The notes under the pieces were generated by a model. The model was not told the origin of the DNA. It saw only the letters and a program-made list of their open reading frames with translations, and searched no databases. The position numbers were made by a program, and so were the translations under genes. DNA of 63,165 nucleotides, the filler included, from Octopus bimaculoides (lineage: Eukaryota), in NCBI RefSeq assembly GCF_001194135.2. It is 6 parts of 6 records of this genome, joined end to end, with 100 filler letters (N's around TTAATTAATTAA, not from the genome) between each part and the next. Parts side by side here need not be neighbours in the genome. Positions count along the whole stretch, not along the records: positions 37,054 to 50,304 come from NC_068985.1; positions 50,405 to 58,328 come from NW_026358356.1; 4 more parts are not named here. The stretch is one strand, 5' to 3'. The stretch's first letter is position 1. Every line of letters starts with the position of its first letter. Below, piece by piece: positions 40,384 through 52,484 of this stretch.

Positions 40384-40904
40384 NNNNNNNNNNNNNNNNN
40401 NNNNNNNNNNNNNNNNNNNNNNNNNNNNNNNNNNNNNNNNNNNNNNNNNNNNNNNNNNNNNNNNNNNNNNNNNNNNNNNNNNNNNNNNNNNNNNNNNNNN
40501 NNNNNNNNNNNNNNNNNNNNNNNNNNNNNNNNNNNNNNNNNNNNNNNNNNNNNNNNNNNNNNNNNNNNNNNNNNNNNNNNNNNNTATATAAATGTATATT
40601 TATATATGTATATATATATATATATATATAATCAAAATAAGCAACAGGATATCAAGAGGTGATGCAGTACGACCGTTTCAAGCGGCTCCATTTAATTGAA
40701 CAATGCAATCATCACATCAATTTAAATGCAGGGCTATCCTCAGCTGCATAAATAAATAGAATTTTTTTAATCAGTTGGACACATTAATATAATTTTACTC
40801 AAATGCTCTAATAGAGCAAGAAGACGGAAAGAGTTCATGTTACGACTAATGTAGCTAAGAATATACTACACTTCTAAGAATTGTATGAAGTTTGTTGGGG
40901 TCAT

Positions 40905-41690
40905 GACTAGTTCTGTAGCGCGCCAGCAGGTAGCAACACATGGTTGCGTGCGCAGTGAGAGAGCTAGCAGTGACCTTCATGAGGCAGTGTGCCGAGTGAC
41001 ATCGCTGTGTTTACTTCGCAAGTTGTGATATTTGTATGTTTGTGATCACATGTATGCTGTAGTCTGCGATTTTGTCATGGATAGGAATAAAGATCCAACA
41101 TGAAATTTTGCGTTAAACTTGGAAAATCTGCTACAGAGATATTGAGCATGGGTGGTACGCAATGTTTCGAGTGACACGGGCGCTTTAAAAGCGGAAGAAC
41201 GTCTCTGGAAGACGATGCGCGATCTGGAAGACCTGCCACAAGCGTCATCCACAGAAATGTGGTTTTGTGCATCGAGAATTCGTGTCTCAGAGTCAGGCCG
41301 TCAATCAAGAGTTCTACTGCAACGTTTGAAGCGTTTGTGGAACACGAAGAATTGGATTCTTTACCGAGCTCTCCTCACTTGTGAGTTTTTCGCCAAAGAC
41401 AACATGGTATCGCTTCCACGCCCACCCTATTCGTCAGCGCCTGCGGACTTCCATCTCTTTCCAAAGATGAAAATGCAGCTCAAAGGTCACCGTTTCAACA
41501 CTGTTGTTGAGATCCAGAGTGAATCGCAGAAGGTCCTCGACTCACTTACGGAAAACGACTCCCAGGCCGGATTTCAGAAGTAGCAGAATCGCTGGGACCG
41601 GTGCATTGCTGCGCAAGATGACTATTTCGAAGGAGATAATGTTAAAACTTAGGGAAATAAGTCCGGGGAACCTTTTGATGCCGCCTCGTA
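40905..41690 (+). mobile_element. mariner element, internally deleted
   Basis: KFCVKLGKSATE, RFKSGRTSLEDDARSGRP, PPYS...APADFHLFPKMK..LKGHRF and RWDRCIAAQDDYFE. The 3' TIR ends cctcg-TA at 41690. Confidence 0.85.
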
Positions 41691-41989
41691 TTGTAAGGAA
41701 AATAACGATTCTACGTTTTATATTTTAAGTAATCTCGGAGAAATTAATTTTTGTAATTAAAAGAGATGTTAGTATTTAAATTACTTATTTTCACAAATAT
41801 CATACAGGTCGAAAGTTACGCGGAGAAATTATAAGAACCTAAATTTATAAAAAATTAAATTTTAGGTGAAAAGTAAAATAGAGGAAGAGCATTTTCACAA
41901 GTCAATGTTTATTTAAAAAGAAAAAATAAATTAAATTAAAATAAATAAAATAAATAAAAATGAAATGCTTAACTTAAATGAATGCTTTT

Positions 41990-42433
41990 TCTTTTATCTT
42001 TCACTTGCTTCAGTCATTGGACTGCAACCATGCTGGGACACGCCTTGAGGAGTTTAGTCAAGCAAATCGACTAAATTTATTTGACTAAGCCCCTCAAAGG
42101 TTTAGTCAAATCCTTGACGGGTTTAGTCAAGGGTTTGACTTATTTTTTAAAGTCTGATACTGTTTCTATCGATCTCTTAGGCGATCCACTAAGTTACGGG
42201 GACGTATACAAGCCAACACGGTTGTCAAGCGATGGCTTGGGAGCAAACACAAAAACACACACATATATGTATATACGACGGCTTCCACACAGTTTCCGTT
42301 TACCAAATTCATTCACAAGATTATGGTCGACCCAATGATATAGTAGAAGATGCTTGCCCAAGGTACTACGCAATAGGACTGAACCCGAAACCATGTGGTT
42401 GGGAAGCAAGCTTCTTGCCACACAGCCATGCCT
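41990..42433 (-). mobile_element. SINE family A in tetraspanin intron 1
   Basis: Reverse complement of the family A consensus, ending cacagccatgcct. Confidence 0.8.
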
Positions 42434-42483
42434 AGCCTACTTTTCTTTCTAATAGAGATAGTTCTTCATTTTGTATTACTTAC

Positions 42484-42543
42484 AAAAAGTAAAAGATTGA
42501 GAATGACAATAAGGCTTCTTCCGCATGATTCAACGTAATCCAT
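42484..42543 (-). CDS. Tetraspanin coding exon 1 (N-terminus and start of TM1)
   Basis: Acceptor tttcttttatatttcag| at 42552, then 8 nt of 5'UTR. ATG at 42543 gives MDYVESCGRSLIVILNLLLF (60 nt), ending at donor TTT|GTAAGT, phase 0. Fits the tetraspanin C..L...N.LF pattern. Confidence 0.8.
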
Positions 42544-42870
42544 TTTCCTTGCTGAAATATAAAAGAAAGATAGAAATAACATAGAATTCTCGACTTGCGT
42601 ATGTGTTATTAATAATATCAGTCCAGTTCTAAAACATATGGAGTCAAAGATTACGTGTAGATGTGACATAAGTAAATAATGTACTGTCATTTCATTTTTA
42701 TTTTATTTTTAGCTTCAATGTATGTATACATACTTCAAGTGACATCTTAAATTTAATCTCATTTCATTTTTCGATGAAACAGATTACATAAGATGTTTAA
42801 TAGAAATTTAATCAAGATGAGGCATTCTTGTTGTAAAACATTTGCAACTTAAAACCATTTATGTATGTAT

Positions 42871-42963
42871 CCATAACAGCCGATCTTACCAATCGGTTTC
42901 GCACTAGGGATCCAACGGAGTCCGATTATGAAACCCTGCACTCATCAGAGGTAACCGTTATGG
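42871..42963 (-). ncRNA. Type I hammerhead ribozyme (intact core)
   Basis: Minus strand reads ccataacggttacct-CTGATGA-gtgcaggg...ccctagtgc-GAAAC-cgattg-GTA-agatcggctgttatgg. All core nucleotides are present, with G10.1-C11.1, a 3-bp stem III, a GUA triplet and a 9-bp distal stem I. Folded by hand. Confidence 0.75.
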
Positions 42964-44198
42964 AACGAAATATAACGACAGTTCTCTATATATATATAGG
43001 CAGTCCTAGCTACTCCTTGGTATGCGCCCTTTGATAGACAACCGCTTAAAATATAAAAGTTTCACCTTCGTACATTTTAAACACTAACTCAATCAATGAT
43101 AGTTTATCAGTACGTGCAACTTAACTTTACCTACACCGTAAGTATGAAAGCAAAGGTGACCTTGGAGAGGAAAACTGCAGCATAGTACCCTTTTTTTACA
43201 ATTTTTTTCTTTTAAGATGATTTTAACTAAATAGGTTTACTATCAATCAATGTAATTATCCATGGCAAAAATAATTTCACATAAAATTTGAATTCTAAAA
43301 TTCGTTTTTTTTTTTTTGTTATTGTATGCAGAAGAGGAGGATTTTTTTTACGGTCTCGCTGTTCGTTACTCATGTGACCGCCATCATCCAATCGACTTGA
43401 GTCAGTTCTTAACGATTAAGTCAACGGCCGCGTTAACAAACCTAATCTAAATGTTTTGGAAGGTCTAGGTTAGCAACTTTAGGAGTGGTCTTTGTTCAGC
43501 CACCTTTAATCCACTTTTAATCCGATTGGTTTGCCAAACAATAAACTAATCTTAACATTTCTGGGCGAAAATGAATTCAATGTAAGAGTGTGTTTATGTG
43601 CGTGTAAATGTACATCTACATGTGTGTGTGTCTACTGCGTATATNNNNNNNNNNNNNNNNNNNNNNNNNNNNNNNNNNNNNNNNNNNNNNNNNNNNNNNN
43701 NNNNNNNNNNNNNNNNNNNNNNNNNNNNNNNNNNNNNNNNNNNNNNNNNNNNNNNNNNNNNNNNNNNNNNNNNNNNNNNNNNNNNNNNNNNNNNNNNNNN
43801 NNNNNNNNNNNNNNNNNNNNNNNNNNNNNNNNNNNNNNNNNNNNNNNNNNNNNNNNNNNNNNNNNNNNNNNNNNNNNNNNNNNNNNNNNNNNNNNNNNNN
43901 NNNNNNNNNNNNNNNNNNNNNNNNNNNNNNNNNNNNNNNNNNNNNNNNNNNNNNNNNNNNNNNNNNNNNNNNNNNNNNNNNNNNNNNNNNNNNNNNNNNN
44001 NNNNNNNNNNNNNNNNNNNNNNNNNNNNNNNNNNNNNNNNNNNNNNNNNNNNNNNNNNNNNNNNNNNNNNNNNNNNNNNNNNNNNNNNNNNNNNNNNNNN
44101 NNNNNNNNNNNNNNNNNNNNNNNNNNNNNNNNNNNNNNNNNNNNNNNNNNNNNNNNNNNNNNNNNNNNNNNNNNNNNNNNNNNNNNNNNNNNNNNNNN

Positions 44199-44245
<47 letters not shown>

Positions 44246-44695
44246 CGCGCGCGCGCGCTTTATTGTGAGCATATGCTGAGAAAGAGGAAAAATAGTAGGC
44301 CGAAGAAAAGATAAAATGACATTTTAAAATCAAATTTAAAGTATAAGACTTTGTAGAGTTTCGAACTTACATGCAAAAACATAATCTGCACATTTAAACT
44401 CTTTGAGATATGATAAACATAGCAAATCCACTTCTCTCGCAGAGCATATACACTACCTTAAGAGAAAGAATGTACACTACTGGACAAAATCTTAAGACCA
44501 GTGAAAAAAACTGCCGAAATGAACTCCTTGCAGACCGTAATATTCGACTATTTTTCATTATAGATTCATTATTGGCAAATAGAAAATGCTATACGAAAAT
44601 CTAAAAAAATGTTTAACATTTAAAGTACAAAATATGCATTGTATGAAAACTAACAATATTTTACCTGGTCAAAAGTTTAAGACCATGACAAATAT

Positions 44696-45079
44696 GTTGT
44701 TGGCACTCTGTCGCTTACGACGTCGAGGGTTCCAGTTGATCCGATCAACGGAACAGCCTGCTCGTGAAATTAACGTGCAAGTGGCTGAGCACTCCACAGA
44801 CACGTGTACCCTTAACGTAGTTCTCGGGGATATTCAGCGTGACACAGTGTGACAAGCCTGGCCCTTTGAATTACAGGCACAACAGAAACAGGAAGTAATA
44901 GTGAGAGAAAGTTGTGGTGAAAGAGTACAGCAGGGTTCGCCACCATCCCCTGCCGGAGCCTCGTGGAGCTTTAGGTGTTTTCGTTCAATAAACACTCACA
45001 ACGCCCGGTCTGGGAATCGAAACCGCGATCCTATGACCGCGAGTCCGCTGCCCTAACCACTGGGCCATTGCACCTCCAC
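44696..45079 (-). mobile_element. tRNA-derived SINE, family C
   Basis: tRNA-like head ggcccagtggttagggcagcggactcgcggtcataggatcgcggtttcgattccc. Related copy at 20640-20995 (+) and a tail fragment near 51965-52015. Confidence 0.8.
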
Positions 45080-45669
45080 TCTTCTTATATACTCCATTTA
45101 AAATCTGAACGTTAACTTCCTGTGGTTTAGAGCTGCACCAATGCCAATGGAGAACAGTGTAAAGCACTCGTATAGATCCTATGATTCTACAACTCAGTAT
45201 TTTTTCTATTGATACTTGCACGTATGTTTGGGAAGCTGGATTAATAGTAAGACTATATTTAAATAATAGCCCAACAAGCTTAGCGGACAGATAGAAGTCG
45301 CCATTTGCAAGAGCTGACGAACAGAAAATGTAAACAATCGGCCCGTTCAACCCGGTTCCAGGATCCGTTCTGTTTACACTGTCTCGTTAGAGCGCTCTCT
45401 CATACAGCGCTCAGCCAGCCGAAGGCTTTCGGGACACGTGTAGTTTACGGTAACTAACCTACCTGTTACAGAAAATTAGCAGCATATACTGGCACTTTCT
45501 GTGATTGACCAGTTCGTGTCAGTCAGACCAATCACAATAAACTTTACAGCTACCGGTTTCTTTTAAACATTTACAGACAGGGTTTCTTGAAAAGGCTCAA
45601 GTTGTCACTCTCTTATAAGCAGTAGTACTCTCACTGGGTGAACATCAATTTCCAGCAACTGTAAAACTC

Positions 45670-45870
45670 CCTCGTGTCTCCAAGTGATAAACGAAGGAAA
45701 TATCAAGCTGGTTTTAAGCTGCAAATGGTAGCATACGCCAAATTCCACAACAACTGTGCTGTCGCGAGAGATTACGGTGTATGCACACTAGCCGATTCTA
45801 GAGAAGCATGTAGCAGACAAGGTGCAGGAGCAGCGTCAAAATGGATACGCTGTTTCAAGACCTTTATCTT
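45670..45870 (+). mobile_element. pogo-like transposase N-terminal remnant
   Basis: KRRKYQAGFKLQMVAYAKFHNNCAVARDYGV (Brinker-type DNA-binding domain), then in another frame LEKHVADKVQEQRQNGYAVSR (start of a CENPB-type HTH). Confidence 0.65.
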
Positions 45871-46429
45871 GGTCTCGTGAACCAAGATAAAATTTACAAA
45901 TTAAAGAAAACACTAGTAATGTCCTTTATAATAACATTTCTAATATAATACAATTTAATATTATACATACAATAAGTAAGTCTGTAAATCCATTTCAAGT
46001 AAATGGTGGTATTATGGTATACTTGACACCATCTTAGTTCTTGTAAAATAACAGACGTCTAAGTGACGTCACTACAGTAGTGTTTACACCAGCCAGGTAC
46101 GTTTGATGTGTATTATAGTAGGTAATTTACAATATTTAGCCACCTTTTGAAAAGAACTGGATAAATTTTAAACAACCGGGCCTGCAGAATTGTTGCATAC
46201 AAAGTTTACTGATTGAAACAGTTAAAATACTATTGAAGCACAAGGAAAACAGAGGCTTCTGGGGGTCGCAGGGGAAGCTACAGCTCACACGCTCCCTTTA
46301 GCTATGAACAACGCGCCTTCGGCGCTCGAGCTACTTTCCACGAAAACTTAGGGTAGTTTTATATAGCAAGTATAACTCAAAACCCACTTCTTAAATGGAA
46401 ATCCTGGGGGGGGGGAGTATATACGATAC

Positions 46430-46590
46430 ATAAAGCAAAATATACAAATCTGCATGTATACATACATACATGCAAAAATACTGTTGTTGATGTTGAAATT
46501 CCAATGACAGAGCCTTGGATCTAGATTAGAAACCGGCTCTTTCTCTATTGACAAGAAATCTTGAAATAAAACTGAATATGACAGAAACTC
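46430..46590 (+). mobile_element. 3'UTR-only copy of the R4-like LINE
   Basis: ctgttgttgatgttgaaattccaat...gagccttggatctag.ttagaaacc.gctctttctctatt..caagaaatcttgaa matches the minus strand of 26530-26660. Confidence 0.7.
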
Positions 46591-47087
46591 TGTTAATAAA
46601 CAAAATCACCACTGGTTAATATGACGATTTGGGCAAACTAAAATTAAAATATTCTGTAATAAAAGTCAGAGGCCATCTTGATTTTAATATTACACAAATA
46701 TCCGAGCAAGCAAAACAGAAAGAAGATACATTGAAACAATATTTGCAACTACTGTATCCAAAATACAAATTCAATTTTACTTTATCATTATTGGAATAAT
46801 AGACAGATCTTGTTAAATTTCTTCTAGCCACTCAAATTTTCTAAAAGTTTCACCTGATTATTTTTTAAATATACTTTTGATGAAGTTTTGTTTGTTGACG
46901 ACGAAAATCGCATTCATCGTTTTTTGTTTGTTTTTTTCGTGAAATTGATAATAAAGAAGTTTCGAGCATTTAAAGTTATGTAATTTTAGCCAATCGAATG
47001 ACTCCACTGGCCACAGCGAAGTTTGAACTATATGTTGCCATAGCAATTCCAGAGCATCGTTTTATGCCAACGATGAACAAGGTTGAG

Positions 47088-47260
47088 TTTGTCAAATCGC
47101 AAGATGGGACTCATACTCAACAAGTAGAAAGTACTTGAGAGAATGAATGGCGTTGTAGCACCCATTATTCTACAGTGGATTTGTATCTCTGCGAGTTGAT
47201 ACAGCGCCGATGGTACGAAAAATACGATCTATTTGAAAACTCTTAGAATGTGTAGGACAA
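47088..47260 (+). mobile_element. Merlin/ISXO2-like transposase C-terminal remnant
   Basis: FVKSQDGTHTQQVES...VDLYLCELI.RR.Y...DLFE resembles the FVDPxTGxHTQxIES / YLCEFxWRR motifs. Confidence 0.45.
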
Positions 47261-48555
47261 TTTCTTTAACTTCTAACAGACCAAGTACCAACTTATTTAA
47301 AACAAAGCTAGAGTGGATTCGGTTCCCCAGAGAAGTAAAGTAATATCATAATCGTCAAGGACGGTGGACTTAATACGCATCTGAACATAACAATTTTAAT
47401 TATTTTTAATTTGAAATATTAAGAGTTTTCACGCGTAGTTTGTATTTTTTTTCTGGACATCTATATTTGTGATTTCTGAATGGGTTTAAAATGTGTTATT
47501 CTCTTAATAAGTAGCATTTTGCGCCAAAACAAATCTTGAGCCCGGTTTCACTAAGAAACACTTTATCTCCATATCCATTGCCCATTTTAATACCATCACC
47601 TGGCCGTTTGGTATCTTCAGTGGAGGAAAGACACTTAAGGTCCTTTACTCCGCTTTTGTGTAGTAAAGGCACTCTTTAGAGAAGTAAAGATGTTCTATTA
47701 AAAGCATTCAGGCCAGTTTCTAATCTGACAATAATTTCATCCTTTCCCGATTCGAGGCTTGTAGAAACTGAAAATGGTGACTGGCACTGCACTTCCACCC
47801 ACAAGTCATGTAAAACAAAAGAGAAAGAACGATTGGCTTGCAAATTACGGGTTTAATCAGTCGTTAGAGTTTTCAAAATAAGTATATTATCAATAGTATT
47901 ATTATCCAGAACNNNNNNNNNNNNNNNNNNNNNNNNNNNNNNNNNNNNNNNNNNNNNNNNNNNNNNNNNNNNNNNNNNNNNNNNNNNNNNNNNNNNNNNN
48001 NNNNNNNNNNNNNNNNNNNNNNNNNNNNNNNNNNNNNNNNNNNNNNNNNNNNNNNNNNNNNNNNNNNNNNNNNNNNNNNNNNNNNNNNNNNNNNNNNNNN
48101 NNNNNNNNNNNNNNNNNNNNNNNNNNNNNNNNNNNNNNNNNNNNNNNNNNNNNNNNNNNNNNNNNNNNNNNNNNNNNNNNNNNNNNNNNNNNNNNNNNNN
48201 NNNNNNNNNNNNNNNNNNNNNNNNNNNNNNNNNNNNNNNNNNNNNNNNNNNNNNNNNNNNNNNNNNNNNNNNNNNNNNNNNNNNNNNNNNNNNNNNNNNN
48301 NNNNNNNNNNNNNNNNNNNNNNNNNNNNNNNNNNNNNNNNNNNNNNNNNNNNNNNNNNNNNNNNNNNNNNNNNNNNNNNNNNNNNNNNNNNNNNNNNNNN
48401 NNNNNNNNNNNNNNNNNNNNNNNNNNNNNNNNNNNNNNNNNNNNNNNNNNNNNNNNNNNNNNNNNNNNNNNNNNNNNNNNNNNNNNNNNNNNNNNNNNNN
48501 AAAGGGTTAACCGAAGTCATTAGATGGTTTATTCTATTCAGTATAATGAAGACAC

Positions 48556-48830
48556 TGTAGTAACGCCGTGCGCATGCGTAGTCTCACGCATGCGTGGAAT
48601 TCAACATCCAAGCTTTCCCGCTTTATTCTGTCTCTTTCTTGCTGGCCAGCGATTGAGCATGGACGTGTCCAGCTCGCTCCATCTTTCGAACTCACGCCAG
48701 ACAGCTCACATCAACATACCGATGTCTCAGCAACCATGTTCTCAACAACCAAGAGTAAAGCTGTATATATTCCACCATGAATAAATATTGTTTGAGTTGA
48801 TAGTTTGGAGTTCTGCGTTCCGTTAATTCC
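48556..48830 (+). mobile_element. Diverged single-arm copy of the 38457 TIR family
   Basis: TGTAGTAACGCC...gagcatggacgtgt...cagctcacatcaacat...tctcagcaaccatg...aataaatattg is colinear with 38457-38740. Confidence 0.65.
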
Positions 48831-50429
48831 TAATTTAATATAGGAAAGCAGGTGTACATCTAATGATGTATAACCCACTTTCCTATAACACGAAGGCAAT
48901 TGTGTATATTGGCGAAAATGGGTGGAAAATTATAAAATATGATCTACTGGCATGCACATATACAAAAGTAAGGATTTCTGATATAAGTAGAAGGCCAGCA
49001 ATTTTGAAGGGAGTGGGTTCAGTCGATACCATCGACCCCAGTCATTTACTTGTACAATATTTTATCTACTCAAGAAGGATAGCAAAGACAAAGTTAAACC
49101 CGGAATCATTTGAGCTTAGAACGTATAGAGCTTGAACAAAAACTGCAAAGCATGTCTTCGATACTCAAACGATTCTGCCATCTCCATAAAACCAATGTGA
49201 AGTAACGCCTATACGAAGAAAAAAAAGACAAATTTTTAGCTTACCATTGTACATGAGATTGAGATTCCACAGGAGATTTTTCAATGACGCCTTTGTGGCT
49301 TCATAACTTTTGACACGATATTGATCCAAAATTATCTTGTACGAGCGACCTTGTTTAGAAACACTGGTGGTATCACCCTCTACGTATGGCAACGATGACT
49401 TCACCGACTGCGCCATCGAAGTTTCTAGCAGAAAGATACACAAACTATGTGAGACTGTGTTTGTTGAAGTCTACCGCACGTGATCAATAACGGCTAGTTG
49501 ATCAATAATGGTATTTAAACAATAATGATATAATAACTTATTAAAGTAACTTGATCATCAAATTATGAAGTTTAGAGGTTAATCCGAATGCGTGCTAGCT
49601 CCATGATGCAATGAAGTAGTTGTTTTGAGGGGTCGTTGGTGAAACTCTTTATGAAATTTAGTGTTAGTAAAAACTCTTTACAAGATTTGTAGTTTTTGTT
49701 TGTTAAATTAAAGAAGTATGTGAAATTCTATTCTGTTTTACGTATTTTTCTAAAACAGAAAGATGGCCGAAGTAATGCGTAGTGTGTTCTTCGGTTTTAA
49801 TCGCTCTGGTTCCACCTTGTTGCAGCAAGATGTTGTTGATGACAGTGACGAATAAAAGAAACATCAGTTTGATGAAAGACTTTAGGTTCTCGTCCTTAAT
49901 TCAACAAGCTTTAAAGAGATATGTCAATGTTACATAAACTATCTTATTTATATATGCTAGTGAATTTTAAGTGGATACTACGTCTTTGTCTTATGATCAG
50001 TAATATCTTTGTAGGCAAGCATACCTCAGTGTGCATGTGTGTGCAAGTGTTTTGTAATGTATATATGCGTCTGTGTGTGTCCGTGCGTGCATGGGTGCAT
50101 ATGTCAATGCTTATAATAACACCGATGCCAGTTTTAGACAGCTGTATGCAGAACTGTTAATGCACGGGTCATTTTTAAGTGTCAGATTAAGCAGCCAAGA
50201 TTTGATCAGTTTCTAATGTCTGCGTGTGAAGTTACGTCAGTGTCAGATTAAATCGAAGTGCAAGGATCCTATATCATTTATGTATATGCATATATATATA
50301 TATANNNNNNNNNNNNNNNNNNNNNNNNNNNNNNNNNNNNNNNNNNNNTTAATTAATTAANNNNNNNNNNNNNNNNNNNNNNNNNNNNNNNNNNNNNNNN
50401 NNNNTATATATATATATATATTATTTTAT

Positions 50430-50690
50430 TTAAAAGAGTTCCAACTCTGTCTGTTTTTTATGTTTTATTTATATTCTTGTAAAATTAATGTGGGATATAG
50501 AATATGGAATATATAATATATAATATAAAAATGGATGGTACAATGAAATGAAGTATTGAATGTCTTATTGAATATATGAAATATTGAGTGTTCAATATAA
50601 AGAATTAAATATATAAAGGCGAATACGTATTTCTAATACCTTGTGGTATTCATCATGGGCTACGTCTGACAGACTGTAACAGACTAACAG
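50430..50690 (-). repeat. AT-rich interspersed repeat carrying the variant hammerhead (second copy about 58940-59206, +)
   Basis: Shares blocks such as cgcctttatatat, ctttatattgaacactcaatatttcat and ccatccattttta with 58940-59206 in opposite orientation. Confidence 0.7.
50618..50660 (-). ncRNA. Degenerate hammerhead-like motif homologous to 58971-59010
   Basis: ccc-ATGATGA-atacc(acaa)ggtat-ta-GAA-ATACGTAT-tc-gcc, with flanks homologous to those of the 58971 copy. Confidence 0.35.
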
Positions 50691-50747
50691 AATGAGATAA
50701 AAAAAAACCAAGGCTGTGGATTTATAAAGAACATTTATAAAGGGAAT

Positions 50748-50795
50748 ATCTTACAGCTGTTTCCGGGATATTTTACATACCCCTTCATCAGAGAC
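50748..50795 (-). ncRNA. Minimal hammerhead-like motif, palindromic stem III (PLE type)
   Basis: gtct-CTGATGA-a-ggggtat(gtaaa)atatccc-g-GAA-ACAGCTGT-A-agat. Stem II has 7 bp with an extra A.G pair at its base; GUA triplet; stem I 3-4 bp. Confidence 0.55.
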
Positions 50796-51108
50796 GGTGC
50801 AATAGTTATTATAGAAAAGATATGAAATATAGAGTAAAGTGGAGGAATGAAAACAGACGTGAGATACGTAAGGATATTGTATCTGCAGTTCCATTATTAA
50901 AGCAGAAAATCCCCTGATCTGTGGTGACAACTGCGCCCACATGCATGGAAGGAGGGAATGAATGCCACCTGTAGTCAGACGGAGCACCTGTGGCCAGACG
51001 GATTCTTATTTAATAATGGTTACCTTATTAACAAAAACAACTTATACATATAAGTTTCCTGTACCATGTGTGTGAGTTCCAATGGTATTTATAATAGGTC
51101 ATTCCAAG

Positions 51109-51234
<126 letters not shown>

Positions 51235-51915
51235 CAGGGTGTCCCAAAGGTCACCGATGGGTTTCAATTTTTAAATAACTTCCTTAGCTTTTACAAATAG
51301 TTGCATGACATTTTGATACAATATAAAAGACATAATGGAATTTAATATGCACTAGTCAAATTTTGCAACATATGAAAAATGACATCTCTTAAATGGTAGC
51401 TATGTTTGACTTCGCATGCCCGTGCAGTTCCCAAAACTTGCACCATAACGAGTAAAGGCCATTCAAAGTAGGCCTCACACATGATTCTAGCAAGGTAGAG
51501 CAACGCAAGAGAAATAATGCAGTTGCTACGGCAGTGATTTAGAGAGAGAATAATCTCCCGCTACGGCAATGTCAACTGGCCTTCACGTTCCCCAGACTTG
51601 ACAAGTCCGGATTTTTTCTTGTGGGAATACCTTACAGAGAGGGTTTACGTCAACAAACCGGAGACGCTGGTGCAACTGAAGGAGAACATCAATAGAGAAA
51701 TCAGAGAAGTGGGGTCTGAAACTCTTGAGAGTGTTACAGTGCAAGTTTTGGAAAGAGCACGGGCGTGCAAAACTGGGTGCCATTAAGTAATCTCATTTTT
51801 CATATGTGATGTAGTGGAGCTGCAAGATTTGACATGCGAATATTAATTTCCGTTATGTCCTTTATATTGTATCAAAATTTCATGCATTTATTTGTAAAGT
51901 TAAGGAAGTTATTAA
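51235..51915 (+). mobile_element. Tc1/mariner-superfamily (DD37D/maT-like) deletion derivative with long TIRs
   Basis: Starts TA-CAGGGTGTCCC. Inverted arms of about 75 bp at 51274-51349 and 51840-51913. Internal WPSRSPDLTSPDFFLWEYL..RVY transposase C-terminus. Confidence 0.8.
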
Positions 51916-52407
51916 CATTCTATGTCACCTTGAAATCCTTTGAGATCTACGTTAAAGTGTCTGTTCTGTAATCGGATCAACTGGGACACTCATTGTCGTA
52001 AGCGACAGAGAGCCAGTTAAAGGAATGGTTCTGGTCATATTACCTATGTTGTAATTTACTTATTTTTCTTCCTCGTCTTTTTCTCCTCCTTCTTCCTCCT
52101 TTCTTCTCTATTTCTTACCCTTCTTCTACTTCTTGATTTTCTTCATCTTCTCTACTGTTTCCCCCAGCCATATTTTTTTCTGCTGTGGCAGTGACACTGT
52201 ATTTGCCCCGTCCGTCATTTCACATTTATTTTTAACCTTTATATATACGTGGGAAATGCTACTCTAACGTTTAGATCCACAAATATTACGTAAAATGTTT
52301 CACTTGGAATTATTGAATGAACCGATGTGGAAAGCAGAGTTGTTACAGAAATAATAGTAAATGGTCATTAAAGGCGTGATACATACATACGTGCATACAT
52401 ATATATA

Positions 52408-52484
<77 letters not shown>

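Noticed and set aside
45020-45079. tRNA gene-like sequence (also the heads of family A and B copies)
   Set aside because: It continues into a SINE body, has no proper acceptor stem or Pol III terminator, and is a SINE head.
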